Below are positions 32,322-44,861 of a stretch of 64,000 nt of DNA, in pieces. Within the stretch, counting starts at the first letter, position 1. Each line of letters opens with the position of its first letter. The notes under the pieces were generated by a model. The model worked only from the letters and a program-made list of their open reading frames with translations. It ran no database searches and was not told where the DNA came from. The position numbers were made by a program, and so were the translations under genes. Source of the DNA: Trueperaceae bacterium (lineage in GTDB: Bacteria > Deinococcota > Deinococci > Deinococcales > Trueperaceae). The stretch spans positions 352,001 to 416,000 of the forward strand of contig JAXHNB010000002.1 of assembly GCA_034520945.1 (NCBI GenBank), read 5' to 3'.

Positions 32322-33194
32322 ATGCCGTTTCCCGTGGGCGTCCTCGTCCTGGTGCTCGTCACGCTGCTCTGGGGCACCACCTTCGTGGTGATCAAGGAGA
32401 CGCTCACGGTCGTCCCGGTGCCGCTGTTCCTGGCGCTCCGCTTCACCATGGCGCTGGCGTTCTTCGTGTGGGTGCCCCTGGGCCGCGCCGCGCGGCGGCC
32501 CGCCATGGTGCTGGGCCTGTTGTCGTTCGCGGGCTTCGCGACGCAGACGCTGGGTCTGGCGGTCACCACCGCGTCGAAGGCGGCGTTCATCACCGGCCTG
32601 TCGGTGGTGCTGACGCCCGTGGTCGCGGCCGCATGGTTGCGCGCGGCCGTGCCGGTGCGGGCGTGGATGGCGGCGTTCGTGGCGCTCGGGGGCCTGGGCC
32701 TGATGACGTTGTCCGGTCAGGAGGTCGGCGGCGTGAACCGCGGTGATCTGTGGGTGTTGGTGACCGCCCTCGCCTACGCGGTGTTCATCGTCTACCTGGG
32801 CAAGGTGGCGCACGCCGCGCCGGCGTTGGCGCTCGCGGGGTGGCAGCACCTGCCGATGGCCGCCTTGGCGTGGCTGTGGGCCATCCCGCACCTGGACGCG
32901 CTGGCCACGCTACCGCTGTCCGCGTGGGCGGGGATCGCCTACCTGGCGGCGGTGTGCACGGCGTTGGTCGCCGTGCTGCAGACCTACGCCCAGCGGGTGG
33001 TGCCGGCCCACCTGGCGGCGCTGATCTTCCTGTTGGAACCGGTGTTCGCCGCGCTGTTCGCGTACCTGCTGCTGGGCGAACGCCTGGGCCTGGCGGGCTG
33101 GATCGGCGGCGGTCTGGTGGTGCTCGCGATGGCGCTGGCCGAACTGAAGCCCAAGCGACTGCTGCGGGCGCGGCGTGCGCGGGCCGGCGACTGA
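32322..33194 (+). CDS. EamA/DMT family transporter
   Basis: WGTTF, AAFITGL, LEPVFA; about 10 TM helices. Confidence 0.9.
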   Translation: MPFPVGVLVLVLVTLLWGTTFVVIKETLTVVPVPLFLALRFTMALAFFVWVPLGRAARRPAMVLGLLSFAGFATQTLGLAVTTASKAAFITGLSVVLTPVVAAAWLRAAVPVRAWMAAFVALGGLGLMTLSGQEVGGVNRGDLWVLVTALAYAVFIVYLGKVAHAAPALALAGWQHLPMAALAWLWAIPHLDALATLPLSAWAGIAYLAAVCTALVAVLQTYAQRVVPAHLAALIFLLEPVFAALFAYLLLGERLGLAGWIGGGLVVLAMALAELKPKRLLRARRARAGD

Positions 33195-33211
33195 CGGCCC
33201 GCGCGCCGCGC

Positions 33212-35155
<1,944 letters not shown>

Positions 35156-35287
35156 GCTGCCTCCTGACCCGGACGGAAAACGAGGGTGCGGGCGCTTCAC
35201 GATGGTTCCCGGGCGAAGCCCCTTCACCGACGACATTGGGGTGACGCGCCGAGCATACCGCACGCGGCGGCGGCGCTCGACGCGTCG

Positions 35288-36766
35288 CTAGCGCCAGGGG
35301 CGCCACGAACGGGGCAGCCGCCACCAATCGAACGTGAACACCACGAACACGACCACCACCTCGAGGCGACCGGCGTACATCGCGAAGGTGAGCAGGAGGG
35401 TGGCCGGATCCGACAGGACAGCGTAGCCGGCCATCGGCCCCACCGCGCCGATGGCCGGGCCGACGTTGCCCAGCGCGGCGATGGACGCGCTGAACGCCGT
35501 GACGTAGTCGTTGCCCATCATCACCAGCGTCGTGGTCAACGTGGCGAACAGGGCCACGTACAGCGTGATGAAGGCGGCGACCGCCCGCAGCACCTCCTCC
35601 GGCACGGTGCGCCGGCCGACGCGCACGGGCAGCACGGCGCGGGGGTGCAGGACGCGCTGCACCTCGCGCGCCGTGTGCCGGGCCACGATCAGCAGCCGTA
35701 CCACCTTGATGCCGCCGGCGGCGCTGCCGGCGCTGCCCCCGATGAACATGAGCAGCAACAGCACGGTCTGCGCCGGACGGTGCCAATCCGCGAAGTCGGT
35801 CGAGGCGTAGCCGGTGGTGGTGAGGATCGACACGCTTTGGAACAGCGCGTGACGGAGGGACGATCCCCCCTCCGACGGCCACAGGAGCCACGTCAGGGCG
35901 GCGGCGGCCACGCCCAGGATCGCCAGGTAGGTGCGGAACTCGGTGTCCCGCCACAACGCACGCGGACGCCCGCTCCAGGCCCGAAACTGCAGCGTGAAGC
36001 TCACGCCGGCCAGCGCCATGAACGGAATCGCCGCCCACTGCGTGGCCGCGGAGAACCCTTCGAACGAGCGAGCCTCGGGGCTGAACCCCCCGGCCGCCAT
36101 GGTGGTCAGGGCGTGCGTGAACGCCTGGTACGGCCCCAGGCCCGTTGCGAGGTAGGCAATGCCGGCCGCGAGGGTGAGCCCCGCGTACACCAGCAGCACC
36201 GCCGTCGCCGTGTTCCGCAGGCGCGGCGTCATGCGGTCCTCCGTCGGGCCGGGCGCCTCGGTGAAGAACAGCTGCCGGCCCGCGATCGCCAGCTGCGGAA
36301 ACACCGCGACGAACAGCACGATGATGCCGATCGCGCCGATCCACTGCGACAGCGCGCGCCACACGAAGGTCGTGGGTCCGAGCGCGCCGAAGTCGCTGAG
36401 GACCGTCGCCCCCGTCGCCGTGAAGCCGCTCATCGACTCGAACAGCGCGTCGACGGGCGACAGGGCCCCCCCGACCCAGTAGGGCATCGAGCCGACCAGA
36501 GGCACCAGCAACCACAACGTCAGCACCGACACCAGCGCCTCGCGGCGCGAGGGGTCCCCGTCGGCACGGCCGAGCACGTTCAGGAGCGTTCCCGCGGCCA
36601 GGCCGACGACCGCCGTGGCGGCGAAGCCCGTCCACGGGTCGCCCACCAGGCGCGCCGCCAGCGCGAAGGCGGCGGCGAGGCCGCCCAGCCCGGTCAGGCC
36701 GGCCCCCAGGATGCGCGGCGCGAACCGCCCGCGCACCCTGGGGTCGCCCGCCTCTCGCGGGGTCAT
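35288..36766 (-). CDS. trkH: Trk K+ uptake permease
   Basis: ESMSGFTATG, TTTGY, GSAAGGIK, GNVGP, GRLE. Confidence 0.94.
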   Translation of the reverse strand: MTPREAGDPRVRGRFAPRILGAGLTGLGGLAAAFALAARLVGDPWTGFAATAVVGLAAGTLLNVLGRADGDPSRREALVSVLTLWLLVPLVGSMPYWVGGALSPVDALFESMSGFTATGATVLSDFGALGPTTFVWRALSQWIGAIGIIVLFVAVFPQLAIAGRQLFFTEAPGPTEDRMTPRLRNTATAVLLVYAGLTLAAGIAYLATGLGPYQAFTHALTTMAAGGFSPEARSFEGFSAATQWAAIPFMALAGVSFTLQFRAWSGRPRALWRDTEFRTYLAILGVAAAALTWLLWPSEGGSSLRHALFQSVSILTTTGYASTDFADWHRPAQTVLLLLMFIGGSAGSAAGGIKVVRLLIVARHTAREVQRVLHPRAVLPVRVGRRTVPEEVLRAVAAFITLYVALFATLTTTLVMMGNDYVTAFSASIAALGNVGPAIGAVGPMAGYAVLSDPATLLLTFAMYAGRLEVVVVFVVFTFDWWRLPRSWRPWR

Positions 36767-36824
36767 GACGCCCCGCGGCCGCCCCACGGGACGGCGCCCC
36801 ACCGCGGACCGACTGCGCCGCCGC

Positions 36825-38171
36825 TCACGCGGCGCCGCGGCACTGCCGGGCCAGCCAGCGTTCCACCGCGGCGATGTTGTCCGGCGTGGTGACGACGTAC
36901 AGGTGATCATCGTGCTGGATGGTCGTCTCGCCGGAGGGGATCAGCACCTTGTCCTTGCGCACGATCGCGCCGATCAGGCTGTGCGGCGGGGCGCCCAGGT
37001 CGCGCACCTTGCCGACCTTGGCGGTGCGGGGGTAGGTGACCTCCATCACCTCGGCGCGGTCCTCGATGCTGGCCAGGTGGTCGACTTCGTCGACCCGCAG
37101 CCAGTTCAGCACCTCCTGCAACGCGGCGGTGCGCGGCGTCAGCGGCGCGTCGATGCCGACCCGCTCGAACAGCCGGCGGTTGCGGGTGCGCCCCACCCGC
37201 GTGATCACCTTCGGTACGCCCAACTGCTTGGCCAACAGGCTGGTCAGCAGGTTCTTGCTGTCGTCGTCGGTGACGGCCACCACCACGTCGCTGTCGTCCA
37301 GGCGTTCCTGCTCCATCAACTCGAGCTCGGTGCCGTCCCCTAGCAGAACGAGCGCGTTGGGGAGGAGCTGCGCCAGCTTCTGGCAGCGCGCCTCGTTGGA
37401 ATCGATGATGGTGATCCGAGCCCCGATCTCCTGCAGCCGTTCGGCGACCATGAACCCGACGTTCCCGCCGCCGACGATGGCGACGCGCGGTCCCTTCTTG
37501 CGGGGCGCGAAGCGGCGTTCGACCGCGCTCATGCTTTCGCGCGTCCCCATGAACACCACCTTGTCTTCGGGGCGGAGCACGGTCGTGCCCGAGGGAATGA
37601 CGAAACTATCGTCCCGGATCGACCCCACCAGCAGCGCGCGGGGCGGCAGGTCGACCTCGGCCAAGGAGCGGCCCAGGAACGGGTCGCCCTCTCGCAGGCG
37701 GTACTCCAACAGGTGGATGCGGCCGCCCGCGAAGCTGGCGCTGTCCACGGCGCGCGGGACGCGCACGATGTCGGTGATCTGCTTGGCGAGGGTTCGCTGC
37801 GGCCACAGCACCCGGTCGATGACCAGGCCGATCTGCGACATCGCGCCCTTGTGGGCGAACGCGTCCAGGTAACGCTGGCGGGACACGAACGCCATGGTGC
37901 GCTCGGCACCCAGGCCCTTCGCCGCCAGGCAGGCCAGCACGTTGACGTCGTCGTTCGGGGTGCAGGCGATGAAGCGGTCGCACGATGCCACGTCCGCCTG
38001 CTTCAGGTCGTCCGGGTCGGCGCCGTTGCCCCGCACGAAGCGCACGTCGAGCGTCTCGAACGACTGCGCCCGCGTCTCTTGTTGGTCCATGACCGTCACG
38101 TTGTGGGTGCGGTGGAGCGCGCCGGCGATCTGCTGCCCGACATCGCCCCCGCCGACGAGGACGAGGTTCAT
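36825..38171 (-). CDS. trkA: Trk K+ uptake regulatory subunit (tandem RCK)
   Basis: Two GxGxxG RCK_N and RCK_C pairs. Confidence 0.94.
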   Translation of the reverse strand: MNLVLVGGGDVGQQIAGALHRTHNVTVMDQQETRAQSFETLDVRFVRGNGADPDDLKQADVASCDRFIACTPNDDVNVLACLAAKGLGAERTMAFVSRQRYLDAFAHKGAMSQIGLVIDRVLWPQRTLAKQITDIVRVPRAVDSASFAGGRIHLLEYRLREGDPFLGRSLAEVDLPPRALLVGSIRDDSFVIPSGTTVLRPEDKVVFMGTRESMSAVERRFAPRKKGPRVAIVGGGNVGFMVAERLQEIGARITIIDSNEARCQKLAQLLPNALVLLGDGTELELMEQERLDDSDVVVAVTDDDSKNLLTSLLAKQLGVPKVITRVGRTRNRRLFERVGIDAPLTPRTAALQEVLNWLRVDEVDHLASIEDRAEVMEVTYPRTAKVGKVRDLGAPPHSLIGAIVRKDKVLIPSGETTIQHDDHLYVVTTPDNIAAVERWLARQCRGAA

Positions 38172-38253
38172 ACGCGCGCCATCTTAGCCGACGGGTCGCG
38201 TGGCGTCCGGCACTGATGGACGTCGCGCCTGCGCGGCCCCGGCCGGGGGGCGC

Positions 38254-39804
38254 TCAACGACGCCGGACCGCCGCGAACGCCGAGGTGGCGACGCCCAGGC
38301 CGAGCAGCAGCCATGGGGTGAGGTGCCCGTGGCGCACGTACGGGGTGACGCCGTCCAGGCGGGCGTACGAGACGCGCAAGGTGCCGCGCTCCCCGCGGGG
38401 CAGCGCCTCCACGGTGCGGCCCAATGGGTCCACGGCAGCGGTGATGCCGTCGTTCCCGGCGCGCAACAACCAACGACGCGTCTCGATCGCCCGCAGGCGC
38501 CCCATGTCGAAGTGCTGGCGCGCGCCGTTCCCGCGGGAGAACCAGGCGTCGTTGGTGATGTTGATCAGCACCTCGGCGCCGCCCTGCACCATTCCGCGGG
38601 GAATGCGTGGGAACACCGACTCGTAGCAGACGTAGGCCGCCACCCGGCCGGCGCCCGTCTCCAACGGCCGCGGCCCCGGCCCCGGCACCGTGTTCTCGAG
38701 CAGGGGCAGCCCGAACAGGCCGAAGATCGCGCGGTACAACGGCGCCGCCACCTCGAGCAGGGGCCAGCGTTCCCCGAACGGCACCAGCACGTGCTTGTCG
38801 TAGCGGTCGGACAGCGCGCCGCCCCGAATCGCGAACACGGCGTTGGTGCTGCCCCCCTCAGTGCGGGCCCGCCCGCCCACGACGAACGCGCTCTGCGGCG
38901 CGGCCTCCTGAATGGCGCGGCGGGCCGGTTCGCCGCGGAACCCCTCCAGCGGATAGCCCAGCACCGCCCCCTCGGGCCAGATGACCAGGTCGGGCGGGTC
39001 CTGGCCGACGGCGCTCTCGGTCAGTTCGACGTGCACGTCGAGGTCGCGGTCTGCGCCCGCCGCCCGACCGAACGGATCGACGTCGCCCTGCACCAACAGC
39101 GCGCTGCGCTCCGCGGCGGGGAGGTCGGCCTCGATCCCGCCGGCCCGCAGGTCGCCGCCCCACCACGCCAGCAGGACCAGCACCAGCGCCAGCGGCGGTC
39201 CGAACATCGACGCGTTGGAACGCGGCGGCGCGGTGCGCGACGCGTCGCTGCCCGCGCCGCGGTCCGTAGCGGGGGACCGCCGTACGAACGGCGCGGCCAG
39301 GAGCGCCGCGGCCCAGGTCGTGAACAGGCTCAGTCCGTGGACGCCGACCAGGTCCGCCCACTGCGCCACGGGCGTATCCAGCCAGGCGTACCCGAGCGTG
39401 CCCCACGGGAAGCCGAGGAAGCCCAGGCCCCGCAGCCAGGTCATCAGCACCCAGAAGGTAGCCAGCACGAACAGCGTCGGCGCGCCGCCCCGCCCGACCC
39501 AGCGGGCGGCGGCGACCGTCGCGCCCCAGATCGCCCCCAATGCCGCCAGCAGGAACGGGAACAACACCCAGAACACCGGGCCCAGCAGGTCGCTGAAGCT
39601 GGCCGGCAACCACAGCACGTGCAGTGCGAAGAACGCCACCGCCGCGGCGAACGCCACCCAGAAGGCCGCCCGCGGACCCGGACTTCCAGCCACGAGCGCG
39701 AACACGACGGCCAGCGCCGCGACGGCGAACCACGCGGGGGACGGGGGCAGCGACGTCGACAGGACGATCCCGGCGGCGGCCGCCAACAGCAGCCGAATGA
39801 TCAC
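38254..39804 (-). CDS. lnt: Apolipoprotein N-acyltransferase
   Basis: FPWG, WPE, KHVLVPFGE, CYE, TNDAW. Confidence 0.95.
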   Translation of the reverse strand: MIIRLLLAAAAGIVLSTSLPPSPAWFAVAALAVVFALVAGSPGPRAAFWVAFAAAVAFFALHVLWLPASFSDLLGPVFWVLFPFLLAALGAIWGATVAAARWVGRGGAPTLFVLATFWVLMTWLRGLGFLGFPWGTLGYAWLDTPVAQWADLVGVHGLSLFTTWAAALLAAPFVRRSPATDRGAGSDASRTAPPRSNASMFGPPLALVLVLLAWWGGDLRAGGIEADLPAAERSALLVQGDVDPFGRAAGADRDLDVHVELTESAVGQDPPDLVIWPEGAVLGYPLEGFRGEPARRAIQEAAPQSAFVVGGRARTEGGSTNAVFAIRGGALSDRYDKHVLVPFGERWPLLEVAAPLYRAIFGLFGLPLLENTVPGPGPRPLETGAGRVAAYVCYESVFPRIPRGMVQGGAEVLINITNDAWFSRGNGARQHFDMGRLRAIETRRWLLRAGNDGITAAVDPLGRTVEALPRGERGTLRVSYARLDGVTPYVRHGHLTPWLLLGLGVATSAFAAVRRR

Positions 39805-39834
39805 GGCGCCCAGGCTAGCACGGCCGGACGCGAC

Positions 39835-40989
39835 TCAGGGGGCGCCTGCCTGCCCTGCGCGGCCGTGCAGCAGCGCCGCGACCAGCGCGACGCGGTCCAG
39901 GGTGGCCTGCACCCGGAGGTGCTCGTGCCGGGCGTGCGCGCCACCCCCCACCGAGCCGAGCCCGTCCAGGGTGGGCACGCCGAGCGCCGAGGTGAAGTTG
40001 CCGTCCGACACGCCCCCGACCACGGCGGTGTCCGCCTCCTGCCCCATGGCGCGCAGGCAGGCCTGCGCCTCCGCCGCCAGGGCCCGGTTGGCCGGCGTCG
40101 GCTCCATCGGCCCACGGTTGATGCCCCCCTCCAGGCGGAAGGTGACCCCCTCCACCGCGGCGTCATGGTCGGCCAGCGCCGCGGCGACCCGTTCCCCCTC
40201 GGCGAGGCGCAAGAAGCGCACGTCGACGCTGGCCCGGGCCGACTCGGCGATCACGTTGGTCACCGTGCCCCCCTGCACCACGGTGACCGCCACGGTCGTG
40301 CCGGCGTCCAGGTCGGCCAGCCCCTCGGCGAAGAGCACGAACTGCGCCAGCGCCCGCACGGCGCTGGCGCCGCGTTCCGGTTCGGTGCCGGCGTGGGCGC
40401 TGCGGCCGGCGAAGTGGGCGGTGAACAGGCCCACGCCCTTGCGACCGACCTTGAGGGCGCCGTCCTCCCGGCCGGGTTCGAGTACCAGCACCCGCGCGTG
40501 TCGCCGGGCCTCCGCCTCGATGGCCGCGCGGGAGTACGCGCTGCCCGCCTCCTCGTCCGGGGTGAGCAGCAGCGTGACGGGGCCGCGGGGCCCCCCGGCC
40601 TCGCGCACCAGGCGCATGGCGTGCACGGCGTTGACGATGCCCGCCTTCATGTCGAGGGCGCCGGGACCGTACACCACGTCGTCCTCGTGCCGCCACGGCA
40701 TCTCGTTCAGGGTGCCGGCCGGCCACACCGTGTCGTAGTGCGCCAGCAGCAAGGTTCCGTCCTGGGGGTCGCCGCCGTCCAGGCGGGCGGTGAGCAGAGC
40801 GCCGGCCGCGGTCTCGGTGCGGGTCACCGTCCAGTCGTCGCCCGCCAGCAGGGCAGCGAGATGGTCGGCGAGGCGCTGGGCGCGCTCCAGGTCGAAGGTG
40901 GGCGATTCGAGCGCCACCAGGGCGTGCAACGTCTCCAGAAACGAAGACGAACGTGCCGACGCCTGCCGGCGGAAGGTGTGAGCGTTCAT
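39835..40989 (-). CDS. M20 family metallopeptidase (glutamate carboxypeptidase-like)
   Basis: HYDTV, DMKAG, DEEAGS, SDGN, AHARHE. Confidence 0.9.
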   Translation of the reverse strand: MNAHTFRRQASARSSSFLETLHALVALESPTFDLERAQRLADHLAALLAGDDWTVTRTETAAGALLTARLDGGDPQDGTLLLAHYDTVWPAGTLNEMPWRHEDDVVYGPGALDMKAGIVNAVHAMRLVREAGGPRGPVTLLLTPDEEAGSAYSRAAIEAEARRHARVLVLEPGREDGALKVGRKGVGLFTAHFAGRSAHAGTEPERGASAVRALAQFVLFAEGLADLDAGTTVAVTVVQGGTVTNVIAESARASVDVRFLRLAEGERVAAALADHDAAVEGVTFRLEGGINRGPMEPTPANRALAAEAQACLRAMGQEADTAVVGGVSDGNFTSALGVPTLDGLGSVGGGAHARHEHLRVQATLDRVALVAALLHGRAGQAGAP

Positions 40990-41023
40990 GGGCGGCATGC
41001 TACCGCCCCGGACGCGCGCAGGA

Positions 41024-41350
41024 TCACTCGGCGTCGGAGGGGACGCGGCGGCGGGTGCGCCGCAGGCGCTCCGCCAGTTCGCGCACGTGGGGTTCCTTGG
41101 TGGTGCGCGCGTAGCTGTATCCGATGCGGAAGTCGCCGTCGGCGCGGCCCGGATCGACGTCCCGCTCGATCTGGGCGCGCGAGAGGTACACCTGCGCCAG
41201 CAAGACGTCGCGCATGCGTTGCGGCTTTACGGCGTGCAGGTCCAACAGGGCGTCCTGGAACGCGACCTGCGCGCCGCGCACGTCGCCACGTTCGGCCAGG
41301 GCGGTGCCCCGCTTGTAGTGCCGGGCCGCGCTGAAGAGGAGTTCGCGCAC
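41024..41350 (-). CDS. Hypothetical helical/TPR-like protein (108 aa)
   Basis: TATGCT-N6-GTG start; VRELLFSAARHYKRG. Confidence 0.65.
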   Translation of the reverse strand: MRELLFSAARHYKRGTALAERGDVRGAQVAFQDALLDLHAVKPQRMRDVLLAQVYLSRAQIERDVDPGRADGDFRIGYSYARTTKEPHVRELAERLRRTRRRVPSDAE

Positions 41351-41420
41351 GCCGAGAGCATACCCGCCGCGTGGGGCCGGGCATGCAGGGCATGCAGGGC
41401 GCGCGGGATGGCCGGCCGCG

Positions 41421-42410
41421 TCACGAGCCCGGCGCCTCCCCGAACGGGCGCTCCAGCCCGAGCCGCGCCGCCTCGCGCGCCGCCTCCGGGGCCCAGTCGA
41501 GGGCCAGCGCGCCCCGATAGGCGCGCCGGGCATCGTCACGACGGCCGGCCAGGTCGTACAACTGGCCCAGCCGGGCCAGCAGCCAGCCCGGCACGTGGTA
41601 CGGCCGCGAGAAATCGCCGCGGCTGGCCTGCTCCAAAACCTCGAGCGCTTCGGCCGGGTGGCCGTGCGCCAGCAGCACGTCGGCCTCCGCCAGCCGGGCC
41701 TCGGCCCCGGCCAACTCGCGCAACGCCTCCAGCAGGCGCGCCGGTTCGCGCGCCTCGCCCGACAAGGCCGAATCCAACAGCGCGCGCCGGCGCGCCTCGT
41801 CGCTCGGTGGCGCCACGGTCGCGAACGCCGCGTCGTCCCCCAGGCGGCCCAGCAACGGCGGCAGGTGCTCGATCGGGGCGAGGACGACCGTGCGGCCGCG
41901 GGCGGCCCGCCGTAGATCCGCGGCCATGCGATCGGCGCGGTTTTCGAGCCAGTCGGTGCCGGGACCGTCGCCGAACAACTCCAGGCGCGTGTCGTGAACC
42001 GCTTGCACTGCGGGAAGCAGCTCCCGCACGATCCGCTCCTGGTCCAAGGCGGCCTCCAGGAGCGCGCGCATCGGCGCCTCGGCGTCGGCCAGACGCTCCA
42101 TGGCGGGGCGCGCGGCCGTCGCCTCGGACAGGTAGCGCTCCAGGTCCGCCCGCGCCGCCGGGTCGGGGGAGGGGGCCGCGGCCCCCCGGAGCGGAACGCC
42201 TCGTGCGTGGGCCCAGGGCACGACCGCCATGGGGAGGGCCACCTCCTCGGTGGTCTTCCAGTCGGGCTCACGGAACGCGCCCGCAGGGAGGGCGGTGGTG
42301 AGCACCAGCTCGGGTGCCTCGGCCGCCACCACGTCGCGGACCGTGACGGCGTTGTAGCGGGGGAAGCGAAGGTGGAACGGGCCGACCAGCGGCACCAGAC
42401 GAAGGGCCAT
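41421..42410 (-). CDS. Hypothetical protein with C-terminal TPR
   Basis: LARLGQLYDLAGRRDDARRAYRGAL; TACCAT-N6-ATG start. Confidence 0.75.
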   Translation of the reverse strand: MALRLVPLVGPFHLRFPRYNAVTVRDVVAAEAPELVLTTALPAGAFREPDWKTTEEVALPMAVVPWAHARGVPLRGAAAPSPDPAARADLERYLSEATAARPAMERLADAEAPMRALLEAALDQERIVRELLPAVQAVHDTRLELFGDGPGTDWLENRADRMAADLRRAARGRTVVLAPIEHLPPLLGRLGDDAAFATVAPPSDEARRRALLDSALSGEAREPARLLEALRELAGAEARLAEADVLLAHGHPAEALEVLEQASRGDFSRPYHVPGWLLARLGQLYDLAGRRDDARRAYRGALALDWAPEAAREAARLGLERPFGEAPGS

Positions 42411-42465
42411 GGGGGGATGGTACCGTCGGAGCCGCGTGCGGTCTGACGCGTGGAAGGGAGTCACC

Positions 42466-43908
42466 GTGTACGGACAACCACGATCTCCCTCGTGGCATCG
42501 CGACGTGCTCTGGGCCGCCGCGCTGGTGACGTTGATCGCCACCATGGTCGCCGTGACCGCCTTCGCCTGGTCCCGGCTGGCCGACGAGGTGCGCGGGCCG
42601 CGGGCGATCGCAGAAGCGTTGCGGGTCACGCTCGTTCCCAACGACGGCGCATCGAGTGCGTTGAACGTACGCGACGACACTTTTTCGGTCGACGGGCCGT
42701 TCGAGGTTCTGGCGGGCTCCGGCGTGCAGGTCGACCCGACGGAGGTCCCGACCTTCGACGCCGACGCCGCCATCGACCGCATCGCGGGCGTGTGGTCGGG
42801 ACGCCTGGTGGACGGGGGGAGGGACGCGCTGCTGGCCGAGGTGTCCGATCCTGCGTTGTCGGCGCAGCTGGCGCGCGCCCTGGACGGTCCCGCGCCGGCG
42901 TTGATGGAGGCGGAACTGGCGGAGGAGATGCTCCCCTCGGGCCTGACGGACGGGTCGCGGCTGGCCAATTGGGAGCTCCAGGCCCAGCAGAGCCCCGGTG
43001 CAGAGGTCCAGCCCGTCGTGGGCATGTTCGTGTTCGTGGACCCAGGTGAGCTTCAGGGCCTGTCCGACCGTCAGATCGGCGTGCGCGTCGTCTCGGGCCT
43101 GAGCGAGGTCGTCATGACCGAGGGCGCGGACGCCGCCCGCGACGCCGTGACCAACCAGAACCTGACGGCGCGGCTCGAGCAGGGGCTTAGCCAGGGCCGC
43201 GCCGCCGTTCACGACCTGTTCGAGACCCTGCTCACGCCGCGGCGCGCCGCGTTGGAGGCACGCCTGGACGAAGCGAGGGCCTTGCTGGCCGACACCGCGT
43301 CGGCGCCCCAGGGCTTGGCCGGCCTCCTGCCCGAGAGCGAGCTGGCGGGCCTGTCCCAGGAGGCCGCCAACGCGCGCGTCTTGGAGGCGCTGTCGGAACG
43401 TACCTGGGAGGAGGGCGCGGGGGCGCTCGCGTCGTTGCTGCAGAACGATCCGCGGGCCGAGCGGCTCGATTCGGCGCGTCCGGTGGTCGCGGCGTTCACC
43501 CGTGGTGCGCGCAACGGCGCGCTTCGCGTCGCGTACGCCGCAGCCGCGGTGGCGGTGCTGGCCGGGCTGGTGGCGGCGCTGCTGGCCCGTGGCGCGGGGC
43601 GCGTGGCGCGCCCCGGGATCGCGGTGCTGCTCGGGGCCGCGCCGGGTTCGTGGTTGGCCTGGACGGCCCAGCGCCACGACCTCGGCGCAGGCGACGTGAG
43701 CGTGCCGCCGACCGTGATCGGGGGCGGCGCCTTCAGCGCGCTGGAGGGCCTGCTTTCCTACCTGGCGACGGCGGTGCCCGACGGCGCGATCGCGGCCGTT
43801 CTGCGCGTGCACCTCGTGGCGGCCGGGATCGGGGCCGCGCTGCTGTTGGTGGCGGTGGTCGTGTTGGCGAGCCGGGCCGTTCGTCCGCGGCGCCGCGGCT
43901 ACCTGTGA
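42466..43908 (+). CDS. Membrane protein with a large extracytoplasmic domain
   Basis: N-terminal TM and three C-terminal TMs; AAGGGAG RBS. Confidence 0.75.
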   Translation: MYGQPRSPSWHRDVLWAAALVTLIATMVAVTAFAWSRLADEVRGPRAIAEALRVTLVPNDGASSALNVRDDTFSVDGPFEVLAGSGVQVDPTEVPTFDADAAIDRIAGVWSGRLVDGGRDALLAEVSDPALSAQLARALDGPAPALMEAELAEEMLPSGLTDGSRLANWELQAQQSPGAEVQPVVGMFVFVDPGELQGLSDRQIGVRVVSGLSEVVMTEGADAARDAVTNQNLTARLEQGLSQGRAAVHDLFETLLTPRRAALEARLDEARALLADTASAPQGLAGLLPESELAGLSQEAANARVLEALSERTWEEGAGALASLLQNDPRAERLDSARPVVAAFTRGARNGALRVAYAAAAVAVLAGLVAALLARGAGRVARPGIAVLLGAAPGSWLAWTAQRHDLGAGDVSVPPTVIGGGAFSALEGLLSYLATAVPDGAIAAVLRVHLVAAGIGAALLLVAVVVLASRAVRPRRRGYL

Positions 43909-44858
43909 GCGGCGTCCGGGCGGACGGGCTCGTCGGTGGCGCGCCACAGGTCCGGCTCCAAGCCCGCCTCGGCCACCATGGCCTCCAGATCGGCCGTGGG
44001 CAGGGGGTGACGGCCCGCCACGGCCACGAACGCCGCCTCCAGCAGGTTGGTCGGTAGGCTCCGCCCGTCGTACCGGGGGGTCGTGGTGGCCACGGCCTTC
44101 ACGCCGCGCGCCGCGAGGTCGGCCATGTCGGCGGGGGTGGTGGTGTTGGTCAGCACCGTGATGCCCCTCAGGTCATGGGGCGCGTAGCGGGCCAGGAAGT
44201 GGAAGTCGCCCGCGATCACCTCCTGACCCTGGAACAGCCGGGCGCGCCACCCGCTCGCGGAGGCGCGCTGCTTACGGCCGGTCGGATAGACCCAGTCGAA
44301 CGGCAGCTTCGTCACCACCGGTGCCAGGACGCGGGCGATGGCGGCGATGGTGGCCGGACGGCGGACGGAAATGGGAACCCCCAACAAGAACGGCAGGTCC
44401 CCCAGCGTCAACACGGCGCCGTGGGCGTACAGCGCCTCGGTCATGCCCCAACGATCGATCGCGGAGGTGACCAGCACGCGGCGGCCGCGCCAGGCCAGCG
44501 TCTCGTCCAGGTGCGCCACGGCGCGTCGTTCGAGCGTGGTCTTCAGGCCCGCCCCGCACACCACCGGAACGCGCCCGGCGTGGCGGGCCAGGGCGGCGCT
44601 TTCGCGGATCTCGTAGCGTCGCGACCCCACCACCAGCTCCAGGTCGGCTCCGCCCAGCCCGAAGGCGTCGGCCTCGCCTTGCAGGCGCGCGTAGGTACGG
44701 GCCGCCTCGCGCAGGTCGCCGTCGGTGCCGATCCGTTCCAGCCGCACGCGACGTCCCAACAGCGCGATCTCGGCGGCGAAGTCGCGGTGGGGAGACCCGC
44801 GGGAGACGCTGACGACGCGCAGCGGCCGTGCGGGATCGTCCGTGCGCGGGCTGGGCAT
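43899..44858 (-). CDS. Conserved protein of the family often labelled 'quinate 5-dehydrogenase' (function unverified)
   Basis: VVSVSRGS, ERIGTDGD, AFGLGG, IAGDF, TTTP...TNLLEA. Confidence 0.7.
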   Translation of the reverse strand: MPSPRTDDPARPLRVVSVSRGSPHRDFAAEIALLGRRVRLERIGTDGDLREAARTYARLQGEADAFGLGGADLELVVGSRRYEIRESAALARHAGRVPVVCGAGLKTTLERRAVAHLDETLAWRGRRVLVTSAIDRWGMTEALYAHGAVLTLGDLPFLLGVPISVRRPATIAAIARVLAPVVTKLPFDWVYPTGRKQRASASGWRARLFQGQEVIAGDFHFLARYAPHDLRGITVLTNTTTPADMADLAARGVKAVATTTPRYDGRSLPTNLLEAAFVAVAGRHPLPTADLEAMVAEAGLEPDLWRATDEPVRPDAAHR

Positions 44859-44861
44859 CGA

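Noticed and set aside
38200..41334. 1044-aa plus-strand ORF and similar long antisense ORFs (e.g. 548-2074, 54070-56739)
   Set aside because: Shadow frames of real genes; stop codons are scarce at this GC content, and the products are Arg/Pro/Gly-rich without motifs
41380..41400. GGCATGCAGG direct duplication
   Set aside because: Two copies of a 10-mer; too short to support a function
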